NCBI RefSeq assembly: GCF_020745735.1
Contig: NC_083426.1
Location: 55,845,660 to 55,909,659 of the forward strand
DNA from: Hemiscyllium ocellatum
Taxonomy: Eukaryota
Reading direction: 5' to 3'
DNA length: 64,000 bases
Below the pieces are notes generated by a model. The model ran no database searches. It was not told the DNA's origin and saw only the letters and a list, made by a program, of their open reading frames with translations. Positions 1-12,499 of the stretch are shown here, piece by piece. How positions within the stretch are numbered: the first letter of the stretch is position 1; every line of letters begins with the position of its first letter. Made by a program: the position numbers and the translations under genes.

Positions 1-1080
1 AACTGTCCACAACACTTCAAGTTCAGCCATACCAGAGCTTTGTACAGCTGCAGCATAAGCCCCTGGTTCCGGAACTCAATCCCTCTATTAATAAAGGCCA
101 AAAGATTGTATGCCTTCTTAACAACCTTGTCAATCTGGGTGGCAACTTTCAGGGATCTGTGTACATGGACACCGAGATCCCTCTGCTCATCTTCAGTCCC
201 TAGAATCTGACCATTAGCCCAGTACTCTGCATTCCGATTACTCCATCCAAAGTGTACCACCTCACACTTGTCCACATTAAATTCCATTTTCCACCTCTTA
301 GCCCAGCTCTGCATCCTATCTATGTCTCTTTGCAACCTACCACATCCTTCATTACTATCCACAACTCCACCTACCTTAGTGCCATCCGCAAATTTGCTAA
401 CCCACCCTTCTCAGCCCTCATTCAGGTCATTTATAAAAATGATGAACAGCAGTGGACTCAATACTGACCCTTGTGGTATGCTGCTAGTAACTGGACTCCA
501 AGATGAACATATTCCATCAACTACAACCCTCTGTTTTCGTTCAGCAAGCCAATTACTTATCCAAACTGCTATGTCTCCCACAATCCCATAATAGCCTACT
601 GTGGGGAACCTTATAGAAAGCCTTGCTGAAATCCATATACACCACATCAACTGGTTCACTCTCCTCTACCTGTTTGGTCACTTTGTCAAAATATTCAATA
701 AGATTCATTAGGTACGACCTACCCTTCACAAAACCGTGCTGACTGTCCCTGATCAGATTATTCTTTTCTAGATGGTTATAAATCCTATCTCTTATAACCT
801 TTTCCAACACTTTAACAACTGAAGTGAGACTCACTGGTCTGTAATTACCAGCATTGTCTCTACTACCCTTTTTGAACAGGGGAATCACATTTGCTATTCT
901 CCAGTCCTCAGGCACTATTTCTGCAGATAATGATGATTTGAAGATCAATGCCAAAGGTTTGACAATCTCTTCCCTTGCTTCCTAGAGGATGCTGGGAATG
1001 ATCCCATCTGGCCCAGGGGACTTGTCTATCTTCACATTCGGTAATAATTCCAATACCTCTTCCTTACGAACCTCAATCTC
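1..1080 (-). mobile_element. CR1-type LINE, RT region fragment (decayed)
   Basis: Minus ORFs 553-954 ([36 protein letters not shown]) and 411-659 ([18 protein letters not shown]) are CR1 ORF2 motifs. Confidence 0.85.
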
Positions 1081-1260
1081 TTGAAATTCTTGAAGAAAGT
1101 AGTGAAGAGTTTAATTTGAAAGTGGGCTCCATATTTCCAGCCCACAACTCGAACATTCTGTAGATTTGTCGTTGCTGATGTTTAAGTCACAAACCAGACT
1201 TCTTTCCACCTTATCTGACTTCATCAGAATAGAATATCTTTTGCTCTGTTTTTTTTTCTT

Positions 1261-2967
1261 TTTTTTTAAAGATATTTTTATTAGAAATTTAATATTTTGA
1301 CAGATTTACAAAAATAAACAGAACTTTCAAGCACAAACATTAATATAAAAATAGATCTTAAATATATAATCATCAAAATTCAAAGGAATGATACTAAAGA
1401 AGAAAGAAAAACAATGAAACTCAGTTAACTACTAATCTAATCCACAATTATCCAGAGTGTATAGTTGAGTCACTTACATCCTTCAAACAAGAGAAAATGT
1501 TCTCTAATACACTCATAACAGTATAATAAAAAGGAAACTATTTCCAAACAATAAGAACAAAAAAAAACATGTTTGAATGGAGAGCCTCCCCCTTATTCTC
1601 AGGGGGCCTTACTTCCTTTCTAAAGGTCCACCATATCCTCTCCCAAACAGTGTCCCACCCTTGACCCTGGCGCTCCTTAATAGGATTTAGATATAATACC
1701 GAGCTAGAGTTAACAGTGAGCGCCCCACCCCCACCCCTCCCCACCCATACCTGAGTATATCTGATAGCATCAATGCCACGTACAAACACACATAACTATA
1801 AAATTACAACTCCAACAAATTACAGTTAAGTATAATAACATAAAATAGCAAGGGAAGACAACCCTGCTCCCAGAAGCAAAAGTAAAGTAGAGCAAAGTAT
1901 CCATTTCTCCCCACGGAGTGTGGAAGAGGCAAGCCAACATAAATTGTCTCTTACGATTTATTTAAACGAGTCTAAAAGTTCCTTAGCCTCTTCTGGTGAT
2001 CTAAAATTATACTCGGATCCTTCGTGGTTAAAGCATAACGTCGCTGGGTAGCGTGAGGTGTATTGAATATTTAAGTTCCTTAGACATTTCTTCACCTCAT
2101 CAAACGCCTTCCTCCTTCGTGCCAAAGCCGGGGAGAAGTCCTGAAATAACATAATCTTGGATCCTTCATGGATCATAGCTTTAGGATCCTTTCCAAGATT
2201 TCTAGAGGCATCCAGGAGTATCTGCCTCTCCCTATAAATCTGCAGCCGGAACAGGACCCGGCGTGGGCGCTGGTTTGGGCCAGATCCGCGTGCTGCGACC
2301 CGGTAGGCCCACTCCACCCTTACCCGGTCAGTTTCGGCCCCCAGGTTTAAAAGCTGGGGCAGCCATCGCTCCAGAAATACTACTAACTGTCCCTTCTCTC
2401 CTTGTTCAGGGAGGCCCAGAAGACGGATATTCTTTCTCCGATTTCTATTATCCAGGTCATCCATGTAGATTTCAAAGGCCCTGACTCTCTGCTCCAGAGC
2501 TCGCACCTGTTCTGCAGCTGTTTGTGCTGCAGCCTCGGAGGTCGTGGCCTTTAGCTCCGCCCCCTTCACTCGGCCCTGTAATTCCTCGAGAGCCTCACTG
2601 TACTTTTGTAGCTTTTCTTCGAATGCATTCCATCTCTGTCGGGATTCTGCGATGAAATTGACGAGTGTCGTTTCCAGCCTGGCAATCATCTCTTCAAGGC
2701 CTGTTTTTACATCAGCTGCAGCCGGAGGAGGAGAGGAGGGTGGGGGAGGGGTCTTTGTTTTCTGAGAGCTGCGGGATCCCTTTGGTTTACTCGTTATCCA
2801 CTTAATATTAAACTGCTTAAATATAATAGTAAACAGCTAATTAAGGTTAGAAATTTTTTTTGGGTGGTTTGGTAAGTGTGGTGGGGGTGAGTAACTCACT
2901 TTACCCAGGTTTTGGGAAGAGCACTGTAAACTCAGACTTGCTGAGTCGCCGCCATCTTGGATCTCCC
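1261..2967 (-). mobile_element. L1-derived element with ORF1 only (half-L1/HAL1-like)
   Basis: L1-type 5' start GGGAGATCCAAGATGGCGGCG (minus) near 2967, then ORF1, a ~700 bp 3' UTR with G-rich tract, AATAAA and poly(A) at ~1261-1281. Flanked by near-identical CTG-T9/10-CTT at 1246-1260 and 2967-2982. No ORF2 sequence recognised. Confidence 0.8.
1958..2689 (-). CDS. L1 ORF1p-like RNA-binding protein (coiled coil, RRM, CTD; Transposase_22-like)
   Basis: 243-aa open frame: heptad-rich N-terminus, DDLDNRNRRKNIRLLGLPE, IMLFQDFSPALARRRKAF, YPATL, FRSPEEAKELL. The frame stays open upstream, so the true start may be earlier. Confidence 0.85.
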   Translation of the reverse strand: MIARLETTLVNFIAESRQRWNAFEEKLQKYSEALEELQGRVKGAELKATTSEAAAQTAAEQVRALEQRVRAFEIYMDDLDNRNRRKNIRLLGLPEQGEKGQLVVFLERWLPQLLNLGAETDRVRVEWAYRVAARGSGPNQRPRRVLFRLQIYRERQILLDASRNLGKDPKAMIHEGSKIMLFQDFSPALARRRKAFDEVKKCLRNLNIQYTSRYPATLCFNHEGSEYNFRSPEEAKELLDSFK

Positions 2968-3125
2968 TGTTTTTTTTTTCTTAATCAACTACTTAGCTCT
3001 CCTGCCATCTGATGCATCATTAATACTCCCAACGCTGTTTGCTCATTACCAATCTAATCATATCATTGATGTACCTGGGTGTAAATTATACATGGCATAC
3101 TTTGCGTTTTAATCTCACTGCTCAC

Positions 3126-3434
3126 CTTTCTCCTTGTGGATGGAGTCTCTCAAAGGAGTCGATAAATACTGATGGTTTACCACACATTCAAAATTAACAC
3201 CACTCAGCCAGGCTTCAGTAGAAATGTTTAATTTGCTGATCACGCCATCAGGATTCTCTCCAGACTGGTCAGCAATCTCTAGTTTCAGAGGCTTCTTTTC
3301 TTGTATCCCGGTGATATTGACTCCAAAAGGAAGTTTGCACGCAATGCAGGTTAACATCACCACTGCCTCCAGTAAGACCTGTTGTGTTGGCGGTTGGAGG
3401 ATTTTAACTGTGCAATCATGGCACTTGCTATATC
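3126..3434 (-). pseudogene. IGHM: IgM heavy chain constant exon Cmu3 (open frame; conserved Trp replaced by Gly)
   Basis: [20 protein letters not shown]...[38 protein letters not shown] resembles shark Cmu3. Phase-1 acceptor tttcatAG at 3436-3435 and donor GTGAG at 3125. Confidence 0.9.
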
Positions 3435-3787
3435 CTATGAAACAGAATTCTTGTTTAGGATCAAAACTCACGGTCTTCAGACTATTTACTCAGAACGTGA
3501 AGAAACCACCTTTGAAATGGCAACTTACGGCTATTACTGAAATGGTGTTTATGATTGTTTACATATTTTGATTTGTGAAAACATTCGTGATTACTTATAA
3601 CATACCCTGTATAATTATATCTAAGATTGGCTTTGTAACAAGTGAAACCTGTGAAAAAAAGTAAAAATGATGAAACCCATGGAGTTACCTTTCTTTCAGA
3701 GTTCTTCTCTCACTCAACACCATCTATTGATGCTTGAGATGAGTAATCTGAATATAAAGCCTTCATTTCTAAGTTCATGTTCCTTAC

Positions 3788-3970
3788 ATGCAAATGCTGC
3801 TGGTCATGCTCGGTGCGAAATCACATCCTGATTTTGGGGGAAACTGACCAATCAGAATTGTTCTTTGTCCTCATGCATTTGAGGTTTTTAAACAAAAAGT
3901 GTTACACGAGAGGTGAATGGCCACGGAAATTCTGTCTTATATGTTTAACGTGATCGAAAATAATTTGCAT
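3788..3970. promoter_or_regulatory. Two perfect octamer motifs in the Cmu2-Cmu3 intron
   Basis: ATGCAAAT at 3788-3795 and ATTTGCAT at 3963-3970; function untested. Confidence 0.3.
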
Positions 3971-4306
3971 TGTTGATGTGAGATTGTTCTCTAAAATATG
4001 TCATGAAATGTTATTCATGTGTCGAATGTGGAGTAGATCTGAAAACAAGACACTGAGTAAACTTTAGAGATAGCGTAGGGCACCCATCATTTGGTTAGTT
4101 CATGACTGGTCTCCACTTTCACTTTTTATATTTTTTCATAGAATAAAAAAAGGAATGCCTGAAATTAGTCTACAAACTCGATGGAAATTTCCTTCAGCGT
4201 TATTCAGACTACCACTACTCACTGTATGAACATCTCCATCCTGAAACCAGGCTAAAACACTTGGGTTCAGTCTCTAGTTCATTCATCCCTATTGTAGCAA
4301 CCCCAC

Positions 4307-4616
4307 CAGAATTTATTCTTCTGACTTTGAATGCTCTCTCCATGAGAGACCTAGCAGGTATAGACTGCGTTTTTGGACCATTCACCATAACGGACTGTCA
4401 GCCGACTCGTCACCGAGAAGTTGCCGTTCACCTCACACACAGGAGACGTGAAGAAGCCAGAATTCATGGACTGGCCATTTTTTAACCAACTTATTGAGAG
4501 TGACTTTTAATGGAAATTGATGATGGAACAAAGGATGTTTGCAAATTTGGTGCTTGCAATTTCTTCACTGATACTCACAGTTAGGCGAAGATTAGGATGG
4601 AGAATATCTGATGGAC
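4307..4616 (-). pseudogene. IGHM: IgM heavy chain constant exon Cmu2 with two in-frame stops
   Basis: Translation [89 protein letters not shown] at 4509-4507 and TAG at 4353-4351; the 3' donor appears out of phase. Confidence 0.9.
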
Positions 4617-4959
4617 CTTCAGGAAACACATTGTATACATTGTCTATCGAATTTGATAGCAAATGCAACCAGATTTTATATATCAATGTTTATTGTCGTC
4701 AATAGATACTAACCTCGATATTAGAAGAATCAGAATTGTTCAGAGTTCTATAAAAGCTGTGATCTGTACAGAAAGATTAGCAGAACCACGTGAAGGGCCA
4801 TAATTAAAGGGCACAGCAAGGAAGTCAATAAGGTATAGAAATTGTTGGCCATTTAATTCAGCAAGGAGGTAGCAGTGTTGGATGGCATTCGTTTTAATGA
4901 AAGAAGTCTGACGAGCAAACCAAAATGAACTAACGGCATAAATGAGGCATTGGTGCAAT

Positions 4960-6447
4960 TGATATCATGGAGGCATGTTGAGAGAGGGACAAGAGTGGCA
5001 GTTTAATTTTCCAGGGTATAGTGCCTTCAAGGAAAGACGTAAAAGGATGGGGGAGGGGGGGGGGGGGGCGGTGTAGAGAATATCTGTTCCATCAATTCTG
5101 ACAACAGTATTTTCAGCTGTAAAGAGAAATGAACTCATGGATACCTCCACAAATGAAGGCAAATGGACAGTATATCAAAACCAAACTAAAGCAAACATAA
5201 CTTCTGTGAGAGCAGTACAGACCTCACTATAGGTCCAAAAGATGGAGAAGTGCAGATACACAGGCTAATTTCAGAGAATGTAAATTAAATTGGGGGAATG
5301 ATAAAAGAGCATTTACCTCCCTCAATGTAAGCTTGGGCATTCATCGTGTCAAAAGTTTAGTGGTAGCAGAATTCTGAAAATGCCCCCAGGAGAACATTTT
5401 AATCAAGTATGTGTTTAACCCAGACCTTGCAAGAGAGGGGCGAAGCTGGGCTTAACTTTAGGTAATGAAGTCAACCTGGTGGCTAAAACATCAATGGTGG
5501 AGCACTTTGCTGACAGCAATCATAAATCTGGTGGATTCCAGATTGTTCTGGAATGAGATAGGAATGGGCCTGAACCAAAGTTATGAAATGGGGGAAGGAC
5601 AATTTTAATAAGATCAAGTGATGATTTGACCAGAGTGGATTGAAAGCGGACACTTATTGTTAAATTTGAGCCAAAGCAGTAGGACATATTTAAGAAAGAA
5701 TCAAGAAAAGCACAGGGACGACTGCTCCCATGAAGCCAGTGTGGGACCAAGTGTACAGCAAGCCCTGGATATCAAAGGACATGGAGGGTGAGATAAAGAG
5801 GAACAAGGGAGACTTATGGTATATATTGGAGTCTCAAAAGAATAGAAACTCTCATGGAGTACAGAATGTGCAAGAGGGAGTTTCAGAAAACGAGAAAAGG
5901 ACTATGAAAAATAATGAAAGTCAAGATAAAGGAAATTCTAAAAAAGTTACAAGTTCATTCATAATAAAAGGATAATGCAGGAAACTGTAATTCCCTTTAA
6001 GTTCTACATGTTATAATTCGTGTGGAGTCAGAGAATTAGGCTGCATTCGAGAACACAGAGGCTGACGGGTGACATTATAGAGGTTTACAAAATTATGAGA
6101 AGCATGGATAGTGTAAATAGGAAAAGTATTTTCCCTGGGGTAGGGGAGTCCAGAACTATAGGGCATAGGTTTAGAGTGAGAGGGGAAGGTATAAAGAGAC
6201 CTAAGGGGCAATTTTTCACACAGAGGGTGGTACATGTATGGAATGGGCTGCCAGAAGAAATGGTGGAGCATGGTACAATTGCCACATTTAAGAGGTATTT
6301 GGATGAGTATATGAATAGGAAGGGTTTGGAGGGAATATGGGCTGGGTGCTGGAGGTGGGACTAGATTGGGTTCGGATAGCTGGTCGGCATGGATGATTTG
6401 GACCGAAGGATCTGTTTCCATGCTGCTCATCTCTATGACTCTATGAA
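4960..6447 (+). mobile_element. CR1 LINE, internally deleted and decayed, with 3' tail
   Basis: Endonuclease-region remnants, the 6020-6364 C-terminal ORF (FFTQRVVHVWNGLPEE) and a ctctatgact tail at ~6430-6446. Confidence 0.8.
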
Positions 6448-6699
6448 TGCATTGTATCAGTATTTACAGTTAAGAGGGGCAATATGGGTATAGAAATAAT
6501 GGAGACGTGTTGTGATATACTTTCAGAAATTAGGGTAGATGATTTGATGTTCTGTGTTGCCTCGCTGAATGAAAAGCAGTTACATTTCCATGTCAAATAA
6601 AATGTATACCATGCCGATCAGCGATACAAAGGATGAAATATTTGGATCACTGGCAATAATTTAGAATTCCTGTCTGACCATAAGGGTTGTGCAATGAGT

Positions 6700-7910
6700 G
6701 TGGATCAGCCAATGTGGTAGCAATACAGAGGAAGGGATAAACAATCAAACCACAGGCTTGTCAATCGCGGTTCAATGGTAGGGAAATTATTGGAACTATT
6801 GAGAAGTGGAATTAATCTTTATTGAGAAAATCAATCAACAATTCTCAGCATGGTTTTATGGAGGGAACGTCTAAACAATTTAAAAGGTAGTTTTTAAAGA
6901 GATAACTTGATATCCAGATGATAGCAAAGATCAGAGCCAATGGGATCAGAGTCAATTTGAAAAATTGGATCCAGAACTGGCTTAGTGGCAGGGAGCAGAG
7001 GATAATAGTTTTAGGATGTTGGTGTAACTGGAAATCTGTGTCTAGTGGTGTTCTGCAGCGTTGATTTCCTTGCAATTTCTTTAGCATATAAAATAACTTA
7101 GACTGGAATGTAGGAAGGTTGACCAGTAAGTTCGCAGGTGAAACAAAAATTGGTTGGTCATATGAGCTGAGAAGTGGCAAATGGAAATCATTCTTATGCA
7201 GAAGAATCTGTGAGGTATTACATTTTGATTGGTGGAACCCTAGAAAGGACTGAGGACCTTTGGTGTACATGCCCACTGATCCATTATAATACTGTAGCAG
7301 GTGTGAAGGATATTTGCTTTTATTAGCTGAAACATTGACATTAAGAGTAGGGAGAGGATACTGGAACTTAATAAATGCTGGTAAGGCCATGCTGAAGCAT
7401 TGCATGCACTGTAGGAATGCATGCTATCAAAGGAATGTGATTACACTGAAGGCAGCATTGATGAGATTTGCCAGGATTTTGCCTAAGTTGGAGGGTTTGA
7501 GTTATTAAATCAGCTAGACAGACTGGGGTTTGCCTTGGAGCAGAGGAGAACGAGAGAGAAGATGATTGTGATATCTGGAATTATGGCAGCCATAGACATG
7601 GTAAAAAGGATGAAACCTTTCCCCCTGATGGAGGGATAAATACCTCAGGGTTAAGGTGATGCCAGGAGAATGTCAAGAGGAAACAAAATCAAACATAGTG
7701 GTGAGAATCTGGAACTCATGTCTGTAAGTCATGTGGAGGCCAAGCCCCTCATAATATGTATGAAGTATTTTAGATGCATATTTGCAATTGCAAATCACAC
7801 AAGGCAGTGGATAAAATGCTGGCACATTCGCCTGGAATATTTAGGTGGCTGATATTGACTGGACTGAAAGGGCCGAAGGACCTTTTCTGTGCCGTATACA
7901 TCTATGACTC
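6700..7910 (+). mobile_element. Old CR1 LINE RT/3' fragment
   Basis: Degenerate KFAGETKIG and GLSY motifs plus CR1-like 3' UTR to ~7910. Confidence 0.65.
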
Positions 7911-7986
7911 TGAAATGTGTTATAAATAATACCTTATTCGTATTAATCAAAGATGTTCTGTTTAACTCAGTTCCCACAACACTTAC

Positions 7987-8286
7987 ATAGCATTCCTGTG
8001 CTCTATTGGGACCCGCTGTGTTGAACCTCACAGTAGAGTTTGTTACAATCTGTCTCTGACTCAGGCAGGGTTTACTGGTTGCTCAGGGTGTAAGTTCCCT
8101 TCTGGTTTCTCACTGATGGGTATGTCTTCGATCCAGCCGCGATTGGCTGCCCACGTTTCTTCCAGGTCACCTTGGTGACGTCAGGGGAATAGTCCATCGC
8201 TAAACAACCAAAGACTGCCAAACCGTTTGTGTTATGTTTCTGACAGGAGGAGACTAGGCCACAAAGTTTGGGGGTAGAAGGCGTCT
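7987..8286 (-). pseudogene. IGHM: IgM heavy chain constant exon Cmu1 with two in-frame stops
   Basis: [100 protein letters not shown] at 8074-8072 and TAG at 8005-8003; phase-1 donor GTAAGT at 7986. Confidence 0.92.
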
Positions 8287-8599
8287 CTTAGGTAGAATGA
8301 TCAATTGAGCAAGTTAGATTCTGTTAATTCAACCTTAACAGTTAGTCATTTGTATCCTCAGCAGTAAATGCATGCCTGTATGTTTCCTGCTAAAATTTAC
8401 AATGTAACTTGAGTATATTTTTATTTTTTATCAGTTGTTGATCATGATCTATTGGTTCCCTCTTCAGAAACATGCCTTCTACCATGCAATGTAGGAATAA
8501 GAATGTCCTGATCCCACCCTCAGTAACTGTTTGAAAATCTTGCCGTTTTACGCTTTCATTGGATTGCAAGCGAAGAGCAGAGAAGTTTCACGAAATGTG

Positions 8600-8715
8600 G
8601 ATGTTGGAAATCAAAAACAAAAACAGAAAATGATAGAATCACCCACCAGCTGGCAGCATCTGAGGACAGAGATCGAAGTGAACGCTTCAGGTCTAGTGAC
8701 CCTTCATCAATTATC
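8600..8715 (-). mobile_element. Short Penelope-type element remnant with degenerate hammerhead motif (family 3)
   Basis: Minus strand reads ttgatgaa-gggtc-acta-gacct-gaag-cgttc, a decayed CUGAUGA/stem II/GAAA core. Confidence 0.45.
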
Positions 8716-9739
8716 AAAGTAAGTCTGATTGTTCCTTTGGAAAGAAGGTCACTGGCAGCAGCACAATCAGGAACTGAGCACTGGGAGTGGAAGGATATCT
8801 ATCACAACTGATTTCATGCTAGTTGCCTGAAAGTTGAAACTTTAACAATTATCTCAATTCTGGAGACCAAGGAAAATTGACGTTCCTCCATTGAGGTTCA
8901 GAAACTTGAGTGTTACAGCTAACTAAACTGAACATTTACATGGATATGATTTGAAAAATTTACAAGTACTCTTTAACTTCAATAACTATCAAATTGGCAT
9001 TGGCAGTTCACTGCTAAAACTCTAATCTCTTAGACTAACCATCACATTCACTCTCAATCTCAATTTCCACTCGCATTGATAAATCCAACCCAGTACAGCC
9101 CATTCACCCTGGAACACACAACCCCCATCACAAGAGAGTAACACATTCCAAGACAATCTGTTTTCTGGATGGACATGTGAACTACATTCCCCTCACTTAA
9201 TTCCGCTCCTGTCACCATGCACCTGGTCCATTGTAAATTGGGCATAATAATTTTCACAATGTATGACAGGATCCGTCTTCCCAGACATGACCTTAGCACT
9301 TGATCACTGATCTCTCAGCTTCCCCAAATCAATCTGTGCACATTGCATCAAAGCTGCCTTCCATCTGTCCTTTACCACCTGCCACTTTGCAAAGACTTCA
9401 AGCTTTGCATTTTGACATCATAACCACCGTGACTTCATTACAGTGACTTTCTACCTCGTTACTCCTCCAGCAACCTGCTCTTCTCTCAACTAACCATCTT
9501 GGCACAGATAGAACTCCTGCATGACTGCTCAAAACTACCCCATACCAATTAAGCACAACTTAACCATATTTCCTTCTGATCATTATCATTTGCCTTGATG
9601 CCACCCTGCCAGACTAGATGCATGGCAGCTTACCCAGCAGCCACCCAACACCTCGCAGCCTGCCAGCTCAAACTCTACCACATTCTCATTCTATCCCACA
9701 CTAGCTCACCAGCTTCCAACTTCGAGCTGACTCCACTAC

Positions 9740-10520
9740 AGAGTCACAGTGTCAAAGTCATGCAGCACAGAAACAGGGCCTTCAGTGCAGCTTGTCTATG
9801 CTTAGCAGGCTTCCCAAATTACACTTATTCCATTTGTCTGCACTTAGCCTATATCCACCCAGATCTATCCAGTTGGTCTACCTGTCCAAGTGTCTACAAA
9901 ATGTTCTAACTGTATTTGCATTTACCCCTTCCTCTGGCAGTTCATTCCAATATCAGGTACAGCTGCAACATGAAGCCCCAACCCCTATACTCAATGCTCT
10001 TAGCAAAGAAGACATACATGTCAAACACCTTCTTCAGCTGAAAATGTGTTGCTGGTTAAAGCACAGCAGGTTAGGCAGCATCCAAGGAATATTCGACATT
10101 TCGGGCATAATTCCTGATGAAGGGCTTATACCCAAAACATTGAATTTCCTATTCCTTGGATGCTGCCTAACCTGCTGTGCTTTAACCAGCAACACATTTT
10201 CAGCTGTGATCTCCAGCATCTGCAGACCTCATTTTTTACCCAAACACCTTCTTCAACATGCTAGCTACTCGAGACACACTTTCTAAGAATCTAAGTATCT
10301 AAAACCACAGGTCCCTTTGTCTGACAACACTAGCCAGTGCCCTACCATTAACTGTACATTGTGACAAGATTTATCTTCCCAAAATGCAATGTCATATTCA
10401 GTTAAATTAAACTCCATCTGCCACTCCTCAGCCCAATGGCCTAGCTGATCGAGATCTCATTGTACTTTCAGATAACATTCCTCACTGTCAACTGTGACAC
10501 CAAAATTGATGCTGTGTGCA
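9740..10520 (-). mobile_element. Decayed CR1 3' fragment interrupted by the palindromic element at 10037-10240
   Basis: Reverse-complement CR1 3' UTR at ~9740-9960 and RT remnant (aaactccatctgccac) at ~10270-10520. Confidence 0.55.
10037..10240. mobile_element. Palindromic non-autonomous Penelope-derived element with hammerhead motif (family 1)
   Basis: Perfect 54-bp inverted arms at 10037-10090 and 10151-10204; central attc-ctgatga-a-gggc-ttat-accc-aaaa; perfect 15-bp TSD caaacaccttcttca at 10022-10036 and 10241-10255. Confidence 0.85.
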
Positions 10521-11074
10521 AACTGACCAACCAGGCTCCAGTCAGTGGTTTCATGGTTTTCAACCAATACTGTACCCTGTTCACATTTTCAACAATACCC
10601 ATTTTTTAAAGGTTGAGGGAAACGTCTCCTTCTTGAAAGGCTTTAATATCTTGACTGCAATCACTTTCTGTGACAGAGAAATCCAAACATTGAACAGTAA
10701 CTAATAGGGATCAACTTTAACGGGTGTTGGAAAAGAGCAGCAAGATTCATGATGATCTCATGAATGGACGAGCATTCTAGAGGGAGCACGGTGTCTCCTT
10801 CAGCTTCTAAATTTGCTATGTTCACATGTCCTTTAGGCAGCATGGCCCGAAACTGCATTGGCCTGTTCTTCAGATTATTATTTCAAGCAGAATTGCTAAA
10901 TAGTCTTTGTCAATGATCTTTTAAAGCCAGAAAACGTGTGTGTTTAGTGTACAGCGGAATTGAAAGGTTATTCGTGATTAATGATATCACAGTCATGGCA
11001 TTTTCACTCAATAGCAAGAATTAGATTATACTTTCGAAATTCTATTTATATTTCTGTGACTTGTAAACATTTTA

Positions 11075-11340
11075 AAGACATGATGTGGAGGAGCCAGTGT
11101 TGGACTGGGGTGAACAAAATTTTAAAACATCACAACAACAGGTAAAGTCCAACAGGTTTATTTGGAAGCTTTGCAATTTAGGATTATTCAATATATCAGT
11201 TCAGTTGCATGACCCTGATCTTTTTCCATAAATTCTGGATCTTATATTCCTGTTCTACAGCTACCTGATGTACCGAAAGCTAGTGCTTCCAAATTAACCT
11301 GTTGGACTACAATTTGGTATTGTCTTATTTTTAAACTTTT
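11075..11340. mobile_element. Inverted-repeat Penelope-derived element (family 2), hammerhead stem II deleted
   Basis: gtccaacaggtttatttggaagc at ~11147 is inverted relative to gcttccaaattaacctgttggac at ~11285; cctgatg...ccgaaagctagtg at 11264-11285. Confidence 0.55.
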
Positions 11341-12135
11341 TCAAAGATAGACCTTGTGTTCAAAGTAGGTAACTGACTTCTGAATTTGGAATGTAAGGCA
11401 TGAATTAGGTTAAATCTTCAACTATTTGTAAGTAAATATCGTGCCCTAAAGATAACTCCATTTTCCCTTCATTTCCAAAACCTTTGCGATCTGCTTTTCA
11501 ACATAATATTTGGCTTTATAAAACTTCAATACGCATGCTGTTTGCATTCAATACGAAAACTGCAACGGTTTACTGTCACCAATCATGTAGACAGTGCAAA
11601 AACAATGTAGAAAAAAGAAACAACTTCACCAATATAACGAATTTAATGTAGCCCAAGCACATTCTCTCCACAAAAAGAACAAAGATCATCAAGTTACAAC
11701 ACTGAGGAACAACGATGTGTTTGCAGCAGAACTAGCTCTGCAAACATTTTCAACAGAATCAGAACATAAATCTAACCTCAAAACAATCCCAAACTGGAAT
11801 CCAAAATCACTTACCATCAAACAAGCTAATGATTAAAATTGAATAGAAACAAGGAGTCATAATAGCACCATTGTTTGTGAGTCAACTTATTAAAAAAACA
11901 CTAAGTTCTAATGTTTTCGGCAACAATTCAATTTATTTCCAACCCGTACACCTTTCCTGATCATTTCAACCTTGTGTAATGCAGTAGAGCAGTTAAAGGC
12001 ATTTACTGATTAATCACTAAAATCAAAACAAAATGATTTCAATGGACAAACAAACCATTATAATCGTATGATAAGTTTAGTCCCAATTACGAAACCTGAT
12101 CAGTTCGGCAGTTTAATATTTTAGCCCCAAATTTT

Positions 12136-12143
12136 ATTTGCAT
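12136..12143. promoter_or_regulatory. Perfect octamer motif in the JH-Cmu1 intron
   Basis: ATTTGCAT; function untested. Confidence 0.3.
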
Positions 12144-12387
12144 GAGGCTACTCAAAACAGACTTTAATTAATTTACAATTAGAACAGAGATTTTTTTTTT
12201 AAATGTCAATGCATTAAAAAGTCTTGTTCATTTCGCACACTTCCGTGCTTCTGCCTTAATTTGGTGCTCAGTTACAAACAGATAACATTTTTCAATCAAA
12301 ATAAAATCGCCCCTACAGTTTAACAAAGCAGAAATGATTCAGGACAAACAAAGAACTTCACAAATATTCGTCATTAAAAGTCATCCA

Positions 12388-12398
12388 GACACACACAC

Positions 12399-12431
<33 letters not shown>
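12388..12431 (+). repeat. (CA)n microsatellite
   Basis: About 22 CA units with one interruption. Confidence 0.95.
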
Positions 12432-12437
<6 letters not shown>

Positions 12438-12499
12438 CAAAAAAAAGCCCGTCAACTGCTGAAAGCATGTAAACGCAGTTCAATTCCTGAAATTGATTA

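Noticed and set aside
9745-9751. CACAGTG as an extra RSS in the J-C intron
   Set aside because: No nonamer at 12 or 23 bp spacing, and it lies in a CR1 3' tail
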